A stretch of 64,000 bases of DNA from Mytilus californianus (GCF_021869535.1 NW_026262582.1:38378001-38442000), one strand, 5' to 3'. Positions 37,072-51,089 are shown, counted from the stretch's first letter. Notes: generated by a model not told the origin, from the letters alone. Made by a program: numbers and translations.

Positions 37072-38140
37072 CCAAAAAGTAAAATACCAAAAATACCGAA
37101 CTCCGAGGAAAATTCAAAACGGAAAGCCCCTAATCAAATGGCAAAATCAAAAGCTCAAACACATCAAACGAATGGATAACAACTGTCATATTCCTGACTT
37201 GGTACAGGCATTTTCTTATGTAGATGGTTTTTTTAGCTAGCGAAACCTCTCACTTGTATGACAGTCGCATAAAATTCCATTATATTGACAATGATGTGTG
37301 ACCAAAACAAACATACGTAATAGGTAAAAATGCCAAAATAGGGGTACAACAGTCAACATTGTGTTATAATCGTAATCACTATGAAAACAAACACATATGT
37401 AACAAATAAACACACAAAGGCATTTAGACAAAGCAGATAAGCAAAAATAAAAGACAAGAATAAAATATTTTACCATAGCACAATAGCACAATGACGGGAT
37501 GTTTAAGTACCGAGCCACGTCAAATGGATATCAGAAATAGACTAAACAGTAAAAGTAATATTCAAAAAGACAAATAAAAGAATACTATAACACGTTATTA
37601 AGATGATAAACAACGTCAATACCCAGAATCTATACTTCAGGACCATCGTGTATTATTTGTGAAGTTGATACGGAATATTTATTAACAAGGTCTTGGTACC
37701 TTCCGATGAACTTGTTTTAGAAAAAGGACGAGACGTTCTTTGACATATCCCTGGTACATCAACTTTCTGCTCAGACACTGGTGACGTTTAACAAAGTCTG
37801 AGTAGCAGCTGCAAGCTCTTGAATACCGAATAAGTTGGGAAATGTATATCCCATATGCAGGTGAAGTTGGTATATTGCTACTAAGGTGGAGGAAATTGAT
37901 AATTTCAAAATTAGAAACGTCTCATTTGTCATTGATTCTGGTACAGAGATGACCGTGTATGTCAAATTCGAGGTATAAGCCTAAAACTGAGGCGGAAGAA
38001 GCCGTGTCTGTTGTTTCTTTAATTTCTAGTTCTGGGGGATATATTAATGGAACCCAATCAGAAAAGTTTGGATTGTTAATTGAAAGAACATCATCAATAT
38101 ATCTGAATGTGAAAGTTTTTGCCAAACATTTTCAAATAAA
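37072..38140 (-). mobile_element. Degenerate Penelope-like RT fragment plus 3' UTR
   Basis: FTFRYIDDVLSINN (YIDD at 38090-38101), LEIKETTD, and a frameshifted IPTSPAYGIYISQLIRYSRAC. Confidence 0.8.
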
Positions 38141-40079
38141 AAATAAGGTATTGGGCATATCAGTAACACAAAAATACTTCGTAGTAAAAATTTGGGAGGT
38201 GACATAACTCCAATAAGATGTTCTTGAATCGCTTTGGTCAAAATTGACAAATATATTCTCAGGATATAACATACAAGTTTAAAGATTAGTTTGTCGATAT
38301 TTTCTTGGTAACGAAGGAAATGTGAAAAGGAACATGGCCTTAGGGGTGATACCTTAAAAAAAAGGGGTGTTTGGTTAAACAGGATATGTTTCAAAAGCGC
38401 AATGATAATTCGATATCATTTGCCAAATATTCTGTCGACATATTGAGAAAAATAAAGTGAATTTTGCAACATGACTGAATAACGAAACAACAATTACTTT
38501 TACGATACAAAGGGACAAAATATACAGAAAAAAGTAATCAGAAAAAATCTCAAAGTCTTTCAACAACAAGAAGGAGAGATATAACAAATAAGACGATTCT
38601 AGAATTAAAAGGTGGCAGTTAAAAAAATAACCAAAGAAAAACAGACAGACAAGACCATAACCAATAGAAGCAAACATTTTTAAAGCGAACAGACAAAAAA
38701 AAAACCAGTCTGTTAAACATCACAGAATTCTTAAGAAAGTACTACTCTGTCACACTCTGTTAGCAATGGCAAACAATCTTTGTGACATCAATATATACGT
38801 TCGTGTAACTAATAGAAACTATTAAGTCTCCTCCATGTTGTTTCCTCAACTTTGTTTTGAGGCAGGATATTCATATCCTTAACTTCTAAATGCCTCTATA
38901 AATATTCTGCTAAATTAATAAGCTTATTCAAGTTTGGCTGTTATCATTCGTTTCCATTGGTTTCGGATACAATAATGACATCACAGCAATATGATAATTT
39001 GTATTCATTTTTAACTTCTTGCAAACATAAAAAAAGCCCAAAGGTAACTCAGTCTGGTGCTTTAGGAAATATAGAATTAGCTTGAAGACATTTTGGATCA
39101 CCAAGCGAGACAAAATAATAAGTCATAGTGAAAAGATACAGAATAACTGGATTAGTAAATTGAAAGAAATAACCGGATAAGTGAATTGGATCCCATCATA
39201 CAAATTTAAAATAAACAAATTCAGGACTCGAAAAAAGATTTCATAAGTAGCCCTTCTAAATTTGAAAAGGATGTAGTTGGTATAATTTACCTTACCCACA
39301 CTCACCTAATTCTCTGATACTCGCTCAATATATCCAACCATAAATGACTTGAGACTATTGAGGGTAAATGAAGAACTATGTCATCGCTCCTTGAGTAAAT
39401 CTTTTTCTTGGGAATAGGTTTTGTAATAAAGGGATCTTTAAGGCTACTTTTTATATTTTTTTTGAAAATAATTGACCGTCATTTCGTAGAGTTTTGATGA
39501 AATGAAATCCAAAAATTTCTACCAGTGTTAAAGATCCCCACGAAATGTAAGTAAGTCTTGTTTGGAAAGTCTGTGATAAAAGTTTTAAGGTGGGTTAATC
39601 CTTCCTCAATTTTGATTTAGATATAAGTTTAAAAAAAGAAGGCAACTGTCGTCAAATTGATTATTAGGAGATGCTATTTAAATATAGAATATGCTATTTA
39701 AATATAGAATATACTATATTCGTTTTCGAAGCGTGTTATGTGTCCGTACTATAAATTAAATGCTTGTCTTCCAAGATCTTTATCTAGCCTCATAAGTGAT
39801 ATGCCTTAGAACGGGATTTTCGCTTATTGTTCATCCGCTAACGTTGACATTTTGAAAGTTGATCTAAAATAGATCTACATCAATGGAATCTATTAGCTAT
39901 TGATAATGTGGCCGTATTCCGGGTAAAGTTTTATGAAAACCCTTGGAAAGTCAACAAAAATAAGCTTTATTGAGTATAAATTCAACTATCTTTATATAAT
40001 ACTCATCATTATTTGTATTTACGTAAATTTCCAGATTTCAAAATGTAAAAAAATAATGATTTTAAACATGTACCGAACT

Positions 40080-41200
40080 TTTTGGAACGACCGTAACTGT
40101 CTTATAGTGTATATATATATATAAATAATGTGTTTTGTCGCTTTGTCTTTACGTCCTGTCATTTCTTTTATGATATGTGTAAGTGCCATTATTTCCTGAC
40201 AATGCATATATGTGTTATATCAAATTAATTATTTGTTTTGTCAAACAATTGTATGATATGTCATTGCTATTCTTTGTTATGTGCAACATGCATTACATTA
40301 TGTTGTAACTACTGTATATTCTGTGAATACCTCTAAACTTTATGAGCAACCACCTTTACGTTCTTTCACATTTCCTCTATGCTGTTTATAGATATAAGAA
40401 GATGTGGTATGAGTGCCAATGAGACAACTCTCCATCCAAGTAAAAATTTATAAAAGTAAACCATTGTTTATATTCTTCCATTAAGTATGTCACTTACTAA
40501 TTACGTCCTATCTCAAATGGGATTGTTATGTTGAATGTTCTAAATGTTTTGTTTGATACATCTTTGTTCTATAAAACCTCATGATATTACATTTTAATGG
40601 ATTTATGCTGTGTTTATACACATGTATCTTCTGTCAAAAATATAATATGTCATGGTATAGCTTATATGCTTTTTGCCAAACAATTGATATTTTCTGTTGA
40701 CATTCAAGATGTCGTGTGAATCTACTGGTACGTTATGTGTAAATACCTATTACATTATGTGCAAATACCTACTAGAGATTTCCAATAAAATGACATACGT
40801 ACGTAACTCGACGTACGGACCTAATGGGACTGGTTATTGCCAATCATTGAATTTGGTTGAATACGTCGCTCAAGTTTAAACCAAGTATTCCAAGCCTATT
40901 AAAACCATACACTGGAATTTTCGTCCATATCAAATAATTTTTACAGGATATAAAATGAAAGAAATAAGGTATTTTTTTATATATCACGTGGTTCTCCAGA
41001 TTCCCGCTTGAATTTTCTCTGACATAAGATCACGTATAGACACGTATCCCTTACCTATTATACGATCAATTTGAGTTATCTTTCATGGTTTTGATAATGA
41101 GATTTATGTTTCAATACACATTGCAGATGAACGCTCCATTATTCTATAACTGAAATGCAAACTTTTTTCGTTATCCGATGTTCTATCTTCTTTCTTTATC
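40080..41200. repeat. Left arm of an about 1.1-kb inverted duplication (partner 57690-58740)
   Basis: Collinear reverse-complement matches, e.g. aatacgtcgctcaagtttaaac 40860 / 57990, ccgtaactgtct 40091 / 58725, gacataagatcacgtata 41021 / 57835. Boundaries are approximate. Confidence 0.85.
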
Positions 41201-41510
41201 CATTTATTTATATTTTGTGGAGAAAATATATTTTCGAAGGATATTTTGCTGACAAGTTCAGAAATGTCGAAATCGTTGTTTGTTTGGATTTGACGTTTTT
41301 AATTAAAGTTGAAAATTGAGATAAAACTATCGCTTCCAATTCATTTCTAAGTTAAAGTATTTTCCATTCATTATAAAATAAATAAATAAAAAATGTATTT
41401 TAGAAGGTAACCTCGATTAAGGATTGTTCTGTGTTGTCTTGTTTTATGGGAACGACAGTTTAAAACTATATAGAGTCCAAATACAAAAGACATTTCCAGG
41501 GAAAATATGT

Positions 41511-41830
41511 TATATAGATATAAGAAGATGTGGTATGAGTGCCAATGAGACAACTCTCCATCCAAGTCAAAATTTATAAAAGTAAACCAATATAGGTCAA
41601 AGTACGGTCTTCAACACGGAGCCTTGGCTCACACCGAACAGCAAGCTATAAAGGGCCCCAAAAATTACTAGTGTAAAACCATTCAAACGGGAAAACCAAC
41701 GGTCTAATCTATATAAAAAACGAGAAACGAGAAACAATTATGAACCACATCAACAAACGACAACTACTAAACATCAGATTCCTGACTTAGGACAGGTGCA
41801 AACAATTGCAGCGGGTTTAAACGTTTTATA
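41511..41830 (-). mobile_element. SINE-like / retroelement 3' region (family also at 17937, 40388-40464 and, related, 57069-57200)
   Basis: aagaagatgtggtatgagtgccaatgagacaactctcca is shared among the copies. Confidence 0.75.
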
Positions 41831-43367
41831 TCCCTATAGTGCCTTTTATAGTGCCTTTACTATGTGTCGTAAGTCAGAAACATAGAAAAGAAATAAGATG
41901 CTATGATGTCGATGCGCAATGCAGTCCAAAGTCACGCTAATATTTTCCTTTTGGTGTTTTCTGTAAATATAGACAATAAAATTTCCCATAGGAACTCCCT
42001 TTGCGGCTATAACTGTGCCACTTTTACTATGAAGTTTCGTAAAAAATTATATCCTAGAAGGGAAAGTTGATATGCACTACTATTTTATTCAAAGGTCAAA
42101 ACATAGGGCTGTGCGGCATATTTTCAACATGTATATGCCCCGAAGTTGTTAGAGTTTAAACTTATACTAAAATTCTGTACTACCCCTACCTTCACTTTGG
42201 GCCTACTTCAGAATTCAATTTTCACCGCAATCATTTGTTTTTATACTGGTAACATTCCCAACATTACCAAAATATCTATGAATATTATATATCTCCCCAA
42301 AAGAGGCGTGGTTTGTGAAACAGCTGTATTTACAAAGTGCAACCTATACTAACATTTATTCAATTAGAAAACTCTTCAAAAACACTTTTTCTCACAACAA
42401 TACTTATTTATCAGAATTATAGCCTTAAAGAAATCACTGCATATACTCCAAGTTTTCTTTTACAGTAGATTTTATACCCCCATCCCTGTTTCAATTCTTT
42501 AAAGAATTTGAAAACAAGACTTTAATTTTAGCTAGCTTACCCTACTTGCATGTTTTCTGACATAAAATGTCTAGAACCTGTTTGAATCTATTCTGATAAC
42601 AAATTGAAAGCATTTCAGAATACTATAAATGTAAAGTTTAGTAGTTAATCATTTCAACATTCAAGATTATATAAAGTATGCAATCCTGCCTCTGTCTCCA
42701 ACCCACATCTTACTGTATGCCTATTTGTCAATGAAAGTTTACAATTTCTGCCTCAAATGGTCAGTTTATAAATCTTGTCACAACAGTATCATCTCTAACC
42801 ATATATCTAACATAATTTAGCTAATACATGAACTAGAAGTGTTTAAACAAAGTCATATTTGCAAAAGTTGTATGTATGAAGTTACCAGTCTGATGTATGA
42901 ATTCACTAAAGTTTTATAGAACTGACTGCTAACATCTGATTTTTGCGTAACTTCCAAGCACACTTATTGTTTTCTTTACAAAAGACCTTTAAAATAATAA
43001 AATCATAGCATTTACAGGTTTAATTATCTATTTTTTGACCCAGGGGGTAGGCATTTTTCCTTAGTTTTTTGCCACTGGGGCCTCAGATTTGCTAAATTAT
43101 TCTGCTGTTTCAAGGAATATGGAATATTTAGTACCTATTTAGGATAGAACACACTATTGTTAGTTTTATTGAGGTATTTCTGTATTTTTAGCTTGTAATT
43201 TTTTATACTACGGTCACAAAAAAGCACATTTAGGTGTTACGGCTTATTTTTGGGTTATCGACAGGACAGAAACACCCCACCAACAATATTCAGGAAGGAT
43301 CTATGAGTATATTATGAATTTATTTTGCATTCAGGGCTTTAAGTAAAGTATGCATACTGTTAACTGT

Positions 43368-43630
43368 GAATTCAATTTTCACCGCAACCATTTGTTTTAT
43401 ACTGGTTACATTCCCAAGTTATGTCTCTATGAGATGAAACATAGAGATCATATCTAGGAACCAGTATGTAAACAAACCAAAATATCTATGAATATTATAT
43501 ATCTCCCCAAAAGAGGCGTGGTTTGTGAAACAGCTGTATTTACAAAGTGCAACCTGAACCAGCCGAATATCGAACCCAGGACCTGACGCACCCAAGGCGA
43601 GCAAGCTACTATAGAACCACAGAGGCGGTT
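43368..43630 (-). mobile_element. Degenerate tRNA-headed SINE; body partly duplicated at 42211-42345
   Basis: Minus-strand head accgcctctgtggttct...tcgcc...gggttcgat with a B-box-like GGTTCGA (43570-43576). The last about 70 bp before 42345 and 43555 are identical. Confidence 0.55.
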
Positions 43631-44661
43631 ATGAATATTGAAGATACACATACATGTACATGTGTGCCCCCTGACAATATCACATTTCCATGTTCAGAAA
43701 ATCACTTAAAAAAGACAAACAGACAAACAACAGTACACAAAACACAACATTGAAAACCAAAGACTGAGCAACACGAACCCAACCAAAAACTGTGGGTGAT
43801 CTCAGATGCTCCAGAAGGGTAAGCAGATCCTGCTCTACATAAGTTGGCATAAAAATAAAAGAATCCTACTCAACAAAACTACAATAAAAATTTCCATACA
43901 TGTCTATGTCCGTTTTTCAGAAATATTTGTTTAAATTGCATTACAAACATTTAAAAAAAATGACGTTAAATTATACCCATGCATCTTTAAAAAAAGAAGG
44001 GGAAAATACTGATTTAGTTAAGTGTAATCATGTTTTTCTTGAAGATGCATTCAATTTTCGTTTTATTATATTCTACGGAAAGATGACAAAATGCTATCAG
44101 ATAGACGCATCTGTTATCTGTATTTTTGAGTCGGACAAAAGTATCTTGAAATAAATTATAGAATTATGCTAAAAAAAAAAGATATAATAGTCGGGTACAC
44201 CTTTAACATTCCGGCGTGTTTGAAACTCTTGTTTTAACATCATAACTTATAAAATCAACAATGAGAATATCATCTCACTTCAGATTTCATTATTTTTATT
44301 ATTTCAAGCCTAATTTTTATTTTAGTGGTTTTAAAACATTCCTCATTTGAGTACTAAATATATGGGTCAGTGATATGACCAAGTTATGATCGGTGCATTT
44401 GATTCCAGTTACTGGATTATTTATTCCCTTAATGGTCGTTGTCAATAAAATCTTCCAGAATTAGATTACAAAATATGTAAAGATTTAAAATAACATTGAG
44501 TTAATTTTTGAATAACATCTATTCCAACATAATATCTGTATTCAACGAGCAAAGAAAATCATGCAGTCCATGCTCCCTCAGTCATGCTTCAATGCAATAG
44601 GCCGGGATACGTTCAGAAACGTTGGTTATGTAGAGTAATGTCATTTTATTGGAAATATCTA

Positions 44662-44855
44662 CTACGTTATGTGCAAATACCTATGACATTATGTGCAAAC
44701 ACCTATTACGTTATGTGCAAACACCTTTTATGTTATGTGCAAACACCTATTACGTTATGTGCAAACATTTATTACGTTACGTGCAAACACCCTTTACATT
44801 ATTGGCATCACCTATAACGTTATGCGCAAACACCTATTACGTTATGGTAAACGCC
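44662..44855. repeat. 22-bp tandem repeat array (about 9 copies)
   Basis: Consensus ttacgttatgtgcaaacaccta. The same unit occurs at 40730-40772 (direct) and 58073-58160 (inverted). Confidence 0.9.
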
Positions 44856-44917
44856 TTTTTAACATAGATTAAAACAAAACGCTGTCGTGACATAGAAATA
44901 ATAGCAACGTTAAAAAT

Positions 44918-45134
44918 ATGGCGAATAACAGAATAACACATGTCCTCCAAAATATAGGTTTTGGAGCCTTAGCTGAAAATTTTGTAGATCAATAAATAGA
45001 CAATATTCAATTGTTGAATTCCCTAACTGACAACAAGCTAAATTCACTTGGGCTCAAAACGATTGGAGATCGGGCGACGTTTAGAAGCAACGTCCGAAAA
45101 GAATCAACATCCTCCAAAAATACTTGTGAGAGAG
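44918..45134 (+). pseudogene. Exon 1 of the SAM/HECT-like gene: SAM-like domain
   Basis: MANNRITHVLQNIGFGALAENFVDQ*IDNIQLLNSLTDNKLNSLGLKTIGDRATFR. TAA 44993-44995; donor gtaata at 45135. Confidence 0.6.
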
Positions 45135-45665
45135 GTAATAACATATTGTTTGTACATGTTCATATAAATATATACATGAAATTTTTTATATCGTCTGTTA
45201 GATTCGCGTGACGACTGTAACATATCACAGGAACAATTAAAAGGAGTCAATGACCAATCACATCCCCCCTCCAAAAAAAAATACAAAAAAAAAACAAAAA
45301 AAAACACACATACGAGTTCTCTGCTTATTGATAATGTATCAATGATATATACATTTACAGTAATCGAAAATTAAGGAAACCAAAAGAATGTTATATGTTA
45401 AAAACAAAATCCAACCGCATGTTTTTACGGAGGATAAATTGATGCCCTCATTCACGTCCGCCAACCGGGTCATTATAAAGTTCGCTATAGTTTGCATATA
45501 GATACATATGGTTTAGGAAGGCGGCTTACTTATATATATATAGATATAGAATAACTGCGCCTTAAATTCATAAAACATGTACATACACGTGTATATGCAT
45601 ATTATGTGTAGCCTATATACCTTGATTCCTCAATATGGTTTTAGTATTACTGTTAAACATTTTCA

Positions 45666-46047
45666 CGGGGGGGGGGGGGGGGGGGGGTAGGGGGTCTCAA
45701 CATGAGTTTTTGGGTACAGAAATGCAGCCGGGATTTCAAAAATACCCCCATTCATATATTGAAGTCTTGTAAAATCACGACCCATAAAAATATTGCATGG
45801 CATAACCAGTACCCATTCATATATTCCTCAGATATCACATATTCATTTTTTTTTAGATCTTTACTTGATTTTAAACGATAAATCAAAATTTATACAAAAA
45901 ATTAATCGAAAGATGAAAATTACTGACCCATTGACATATTCTCTTAGTGAAATCGCAACCCGTTGATATATTTATTGTATAAAAAAAAGTGACCCATTCC
46001 AGCGGCACGTATGTATATAACCTACATATAGGAAGAGACCCACCCCG
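45666..46047. mobile_element. MITE-like element with G-rich/C-rich ends
   Basis: cggggg(G21) start and ccaccccg end; internal acccatt(c/g)a(t/c)atatt repeats. Confidence 0.5.
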
Positions 46048-48407
46048 TAAACATTGAGGCGAGTAATTTTTGAACTATGACGGACAGGTCGACTGTGTTA
46101 CTTATAGTATAAAAGCAAAATCAAAAACTAAAAACAACCAATTGAAAGCCAAATCGAAAAAAAAAAAGACAAAACAAAAACAAAACAAAGCAAAAAACAA
46201 ATATTATTGTTTAGAAATTTTATCAGGTTGTTCACTTTTTGTCGTCCGTGATATAATTATAAAATTAAAGCATATCTTGATAAAACATTAGAATAAGGGT
46301 CCCCTATTTGAAAGATTTCTCGGTAAAATCCTACTTTTAATTGTGGATGTCTATACTTTATCCTGGTAAATGTTTTGCGGTAGTTTCCAAGAAGTGCAGC
46401 CGGAAGGAACAATAACAATTCCCATTGTTTTTCCCGACAGCACCCCCAAAATAGAAATATAACGGGTATAAGTATGATTAAGTATTTAATATTATTGATT
46501 ATTGGCGAATAAGAATTGAATATGGTTCCTAAATAACCCTCCCGGTATGCTATTCTAGCGAGAAACGTGTGTCAGTTTAATGCTACCAAAGTAATGACCT
46601 CTCCTACGATTGATGTAGCAGTTAATGAATCCTTTAAAGAATTTAGATCATTCCCCATAACAGTCGTGTATATTATTCTGAAAAAACATTCCAAAGACAT
46701 ACTGGTATTTAGTTATTCCTCCGTCCTGACGAGGAAAAAAACATTTCTGTCATCAGAGGCATATTGAGAGGGGCCAGGTGACCCGCTCCCTCTTATGTGG
46801 GATTTTTTTCTTTTTTTTTAAATTAACAAGGATTTTTGAAAAAAATTTGGTCCGAAAATTTATAAAAGTTTAGTTGTTTCAAAATTTACATTCTTGAAAG
46901 TCAGATTTCTCAGATGTGCAGCAAATCTCTTATATGAAAAGTTGCCTAAAAATGTGTATTAGGCTAAATTTATCAAACCATTCTCTTTCATAACTTAACG
47001 CATTGAAGCTAACCGTTAATACCGTATCTTTAATAATATTCATTAAATCTATGACTCTCCGTTCGGAAAAGTACGTAGATTTTTCAAATTTAAACAACGA
47101 TATTCGTTGAAATGATGAACAAAAAGATAAATTCATATCAACAACGGTGGAATAATGTCATGATTATATTTAAGCGATTTATTGATTTCTTAACCAAATG
47201 AATAAAATTATTTAACTGTAATCTTTTTTCTAAAAACTGGTGGAAAAATAAATTGGGGTCAACAAATAAATATACTAGTCAACAAAAGAAACGATACAAC
47301 ACTTTTATAAAAAAAAATATTTAACCGTTTGGTAGAAAACAATAACAATTATAGAATATGTATTTTTTTATCGTTCTTCATGACACAGTGCTACATAGAA
47401 TAACGTCTTGGACAGTTACTGGACCAAATACGGATGGACCAAAGTCATTATCCGGAATTTCAGTTTGCGGGATTTAATAGCGAGTATGACCAGTGAAGGT
47501 GATACAAGGATGATAACACCGTAAAGTTTACGACTGCAACAAATGAAAGAAAAAATAAAAAAGTAAAATAACCAAAATACCGAACTCAAATGAAAATTCG
47601 ATGTGAACAATCCAAAAAAACTTGCAAAACTTAAAACTAAAACACACCAACCAACGTAACGACTGTAAATCAACTGTGATACTCCTGACTTGGTACATGC
47701 ATTTTTCCAGCAGAAAATGGTGGGTTAAACCTTGTTTTACAGCTAAATCTCCTTTTGTTTAAAAATGGCAAAAAAAATAATACATGTGTTTCCGTTAACG
47801 TGCTGAAATAAATAGGGTAATTAGGTAGGCAATATCATTTTATTTTGTCAAACATTTTTTAGCTGTTTACTACTTGGGAATCAATCTGACTTTAACAGTT
47901 CAAAAATGGCATAAAAAGTGTTAGGGTAGGCACTTAAAATTAGGGTAGGTAGGGTTAACGGAAACACATGCATTATTTTGTTTGGCCTAATATTGGCTGC
48001 ACTGAGTGAGTAACAAAAACCGCCACAATAAATAAAAGTGAAAACAATTTGGACAGAGCAGTCATCACTAATCCTGAGAACCTTACAAATGATGTACAAA
48101 AAGAAGATGTGGTAAAATTCCAATGCGACACCTAGACATCGAAGAAATTTCGTTGATGTAAGCAACTATAGATTACGTTACAGCCGTAAAATACCTCATT
48201 AAGCAAAACAGAATGACACACACACAAGCCCCTAGGTTACACAAAATAAAATTAAACGTCATACATGATTTCTGGTTTGTTCTAATAAAAATACAGAATA
48301 TTTTTTGTACTTCGGAATAGTGATAATCTTTGACACTGTATTGACATAACGTGAAACTGTCATTTTACTGACTCCAAGTGCATTTTCATCTTTACAGCAA
48401 TGAGTCG

Positions 48408-48720
48408 ATACCTCTGCTGGTGGACTATCAGTCCCCGAGGGTATCATCAGCTCAGCAGTCAGTACTTCGGTACTGACATGATTTATAACAAACTATCTAA
48501 AATTGCCCGTTTATAAAAATTTTGAAATTACACAGAAACCAAGGTTTCAACACCCTCAGGCAAAGTTGGCCTTAGATGGATTTGGCTATTTTGGTTTATA
48601 GTTCTTCAACGTTTTCGGTCCTTATACATCCTTGGCTTTCAAATATTCGGCTTTGAGCGTTCCTGATGAAGGTAAATCCAGAAAAGCGCTTGGGACGCAT
48701 GAAATTTATAACGTGTTGTT
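48408..48720 (+). mobile_element. Non-autonomous pLTR-like element with a UUCG hairpin and a hammerhead motif
   Basis: gtcagtac-ttcg-gtactgac at 48458-48477; hammerhead at 48657-48698. Boundaries are approximate. Confidence 0.5.
48657..48698 (+). ncRNA. Minimal hammerhead ribozyme motif, cleavage site probably inactive
   Basis: Stem I gcgttc/ggacgc; CTGATGA 48663-48669; short stem II gg/cc; GAAA 48681-48684; palindromic stem III AAGCGCTT. Position 17 is G (48692), which violates the NUH rule. Confidence 0.6.
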
Positions 48721-49202
48721 TTTAATTTTTTTCAAAAACATTCTTTTAATAACTTTCACTGATGTAGTAACGTATGGCTATCATTACTTGATGTAACACG
48801 GACAGTTACAGTGATCTATGTGTTGATTTTTTCTGATCATCTTGCATTTCGTCACATAAATCCTATAAGCTATTTCTATCTAAATGATAGTTTTTAATAT
48901 TTTGTCCATCCGTTATAAAATCAAGAGGACTTGAGCAGTCACGGAAAAAACGCTATAGGGTTGGTTTGTGCTGCTGATGCTGTTGCTGAAGTGTCATTTA
49001 AATTACCTGAAGGGTTCTCGCTTCTCCTGTAGCTCTTGTCGTGCTCATTTCACTGTTTTGCAGCTACTGCTGCTGCTAATGGTGCTGTTGCTTAAGTCAT
49101 AAAAAGGTGTTCACATGAAGGGTTTTTGCTATTAAAGTATTTCGTAAAATTTACTGTTTTAAAAATTTCCATCAAACACCCTTAACCCCCCTCCCCCTTC
49201 AG

Positions 49203-49801
49203 AGAACTGCAACGCCTTACTTGTAAATGGAATGTTGAATCTCTACACAAAGTTATAGGCAGTCAAGCAAAAATATATATTCGTCCGATCCAGAGAAATT
49301 TGACAGTTACTACAAGTTCAGAGCCAGAAGCAACGTCAATGGAAGGAGAGTGTGAAAAATGTCACCAGAAATTTCTCTTAATTGAATAAAGGGAACACGT
49401 TAATGATTGTGAGAGCCACAATGATGAAGAGAATGATGTACAAGACGAGGAAATACAACCTGAAACCCCTCAACATTCAACTATTGAATATTTAGAGGAT
49501 GATGAGAATGCTGATGACATACATGTAGCAGACAACAAATCAGATGAAGCTGCAATAGAAGAAACAGTTGACGCAATTGTTACAACCTGCGAGCATTCAT
49601 GAACCCATAGATATTCTTAGAATTTGTCAAAACAAACTTGTTCAAGGCAGAAAACTGGACATTGTTGATAATTCCAATGTTCTGAATGGTGGAACTAATT
49701 ATATCATGGTCGATAGGGATGATATACTAAAATCAGCAATAACACAGATCAATGATATAGACAACCTTCGTTTATGTCTAGAAGTACAGTTTAATGGTGA
49801 G
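49203..49801 (+). pseudogene. Internal exon of the SAM/HECT-like gene: KIYIRPIQ motif, C2HC finger, acidic linker, HECT N-lobe start
   Basis: Acceptor cttcag and donor GAG|gtgag. CEKC..REHVNDC; VDRDDILKSA...LRLCLEVQFNGE. TAA 49387-49389; frameshift near 49595. Confidence 0.75.
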
Positions 49802-50961
49802 GTGAGCGTAAATAATTCGTGTTATTTAACGTCAGTAAAATAATTAATTAGTCTCTTATAAACAGTCCGCCAAAAGTTACAGCCGGCCGTTTGTTACCCA
49901 ATTGTTATCTTTATAGCAGAAATTCGTCGAAAATTTTCTCGAAAAAGAACTTGTATGTTAATGTAGCATTTATATTAGCATTCACCATGAACAAAACTAA
50001 AGTTTTGCACATTCAAAGAGATAGTACAAATTACACACATAAAAGTGAAATTTGAAATGAGTTCGATTTTATTTTGTTTTAAAATGTTATCAACCAATAC
50101 CGTTGGAACTCTTTACAAGTAATGCTTTGCATATTCGGCAAAGTTTATATTAATATTTGGACTGTATAAATGCTTACATCCCAGCTCCTTTGTTCTAACA
50201 AGGACAACTGGGATGTAAAATAGTCATCCAACTCGGACTTGGTGTTTAAGTTTCAGATCACCCATCAAGCATCCGGCCGTCGGAATGATCTTACACTGAC
50301 ACACCGCGTCCTCATGGGATAACTATTTCAGTACAATACTTCTTTTTATATCATCGCGTGAAAAGCGGCGGTGAATAGTGATCGTAGTGATTGTCCGTCT
50401 ACCCTTTGTGCTGTGACGAAACATTTGAGAAATGAATTAAACTGCACCTTGTAACTTTTGGTAGATTTTTTTTTCTTATGTTATTGGGAGTTTTGGTATC
50501 AAAGCGCGACGTATAAGTTAATCATTACTTTGCGCAATGGTTTGTCATTTTTAGGAGTTTATCGCATATGCCTTATTCTTACTACAACTCGTTTATTTAT
50601 AACATTTTTTTTTCATGAGGCAACGAACATTTGCATAAATAAAGATAATTCAACGCAATGCCTCAAAGATAAAGCAAATAGATAAAATAAACATCTTTTG
50701 ATCAATCTTCGAAAGACATGCTTATGGTCTATCCATATATTTAAACTTGTCCTATGCAATAAAGGAAAACAAATGCTAAAGTACTCTACTTTTTTAGACC
50801 ATACTTTCATACACAAATTTTAGTTCTTGTCCTAAATAAATTTCAAGCAGTTATCAGATAGTTTTCACAGGGGATGGGCTTAAACGAAGGATTTAAAAAA
50901 ATAATGATGAGAATTGCTTTCCTGATAAAATCAATATTCATTTTTTCTACGTAATTTGTAG

Positions 50962-51089
50962 ACTGCTGCTGACTTTAGTGGACCTCGAAAGGAGTTTTTT
51001 TGGTATAGTCCTTAGAGAAATGAAGGAGCCATATTTTGACAATTTCAAAGAATGGTCTCCCGATTACAAAGTTTTGGGGGGAAATAATG
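50962..51089 (+). pseudogene. HECT-like exon (TAADFSGPRKEFF)
   Basis: Acceptor tttgtag. Phase-0 join gives FNGE|TAADFSGPRKEFF, the HECT GE.A.D.GGP.REFF signature. Indels in the T and G runs. Confidence 0.75.

Noticed and set aside
39671-39710. 20-bp perfect tandem duplication atgctatttaaatatagaat
   Set aside because: Ordinary slippage duplication with no further structure.
43556-43630. tRNA gene
   Set aside because: No complete cloverleaf, and it continues into a SINE-like body.
44662-44855. CRISPR-like array
   Set aside because: The repeats are contiguous with no spacers, the context is eukaryotic, and there are no cas genes.
48960-49130. Possible extra exon of the HECT-like gene (two GCT-rich, EGF.LL-encoding look-alike segments)
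   Set aside because: No consistent splice sites or frame; similarity is too weak.
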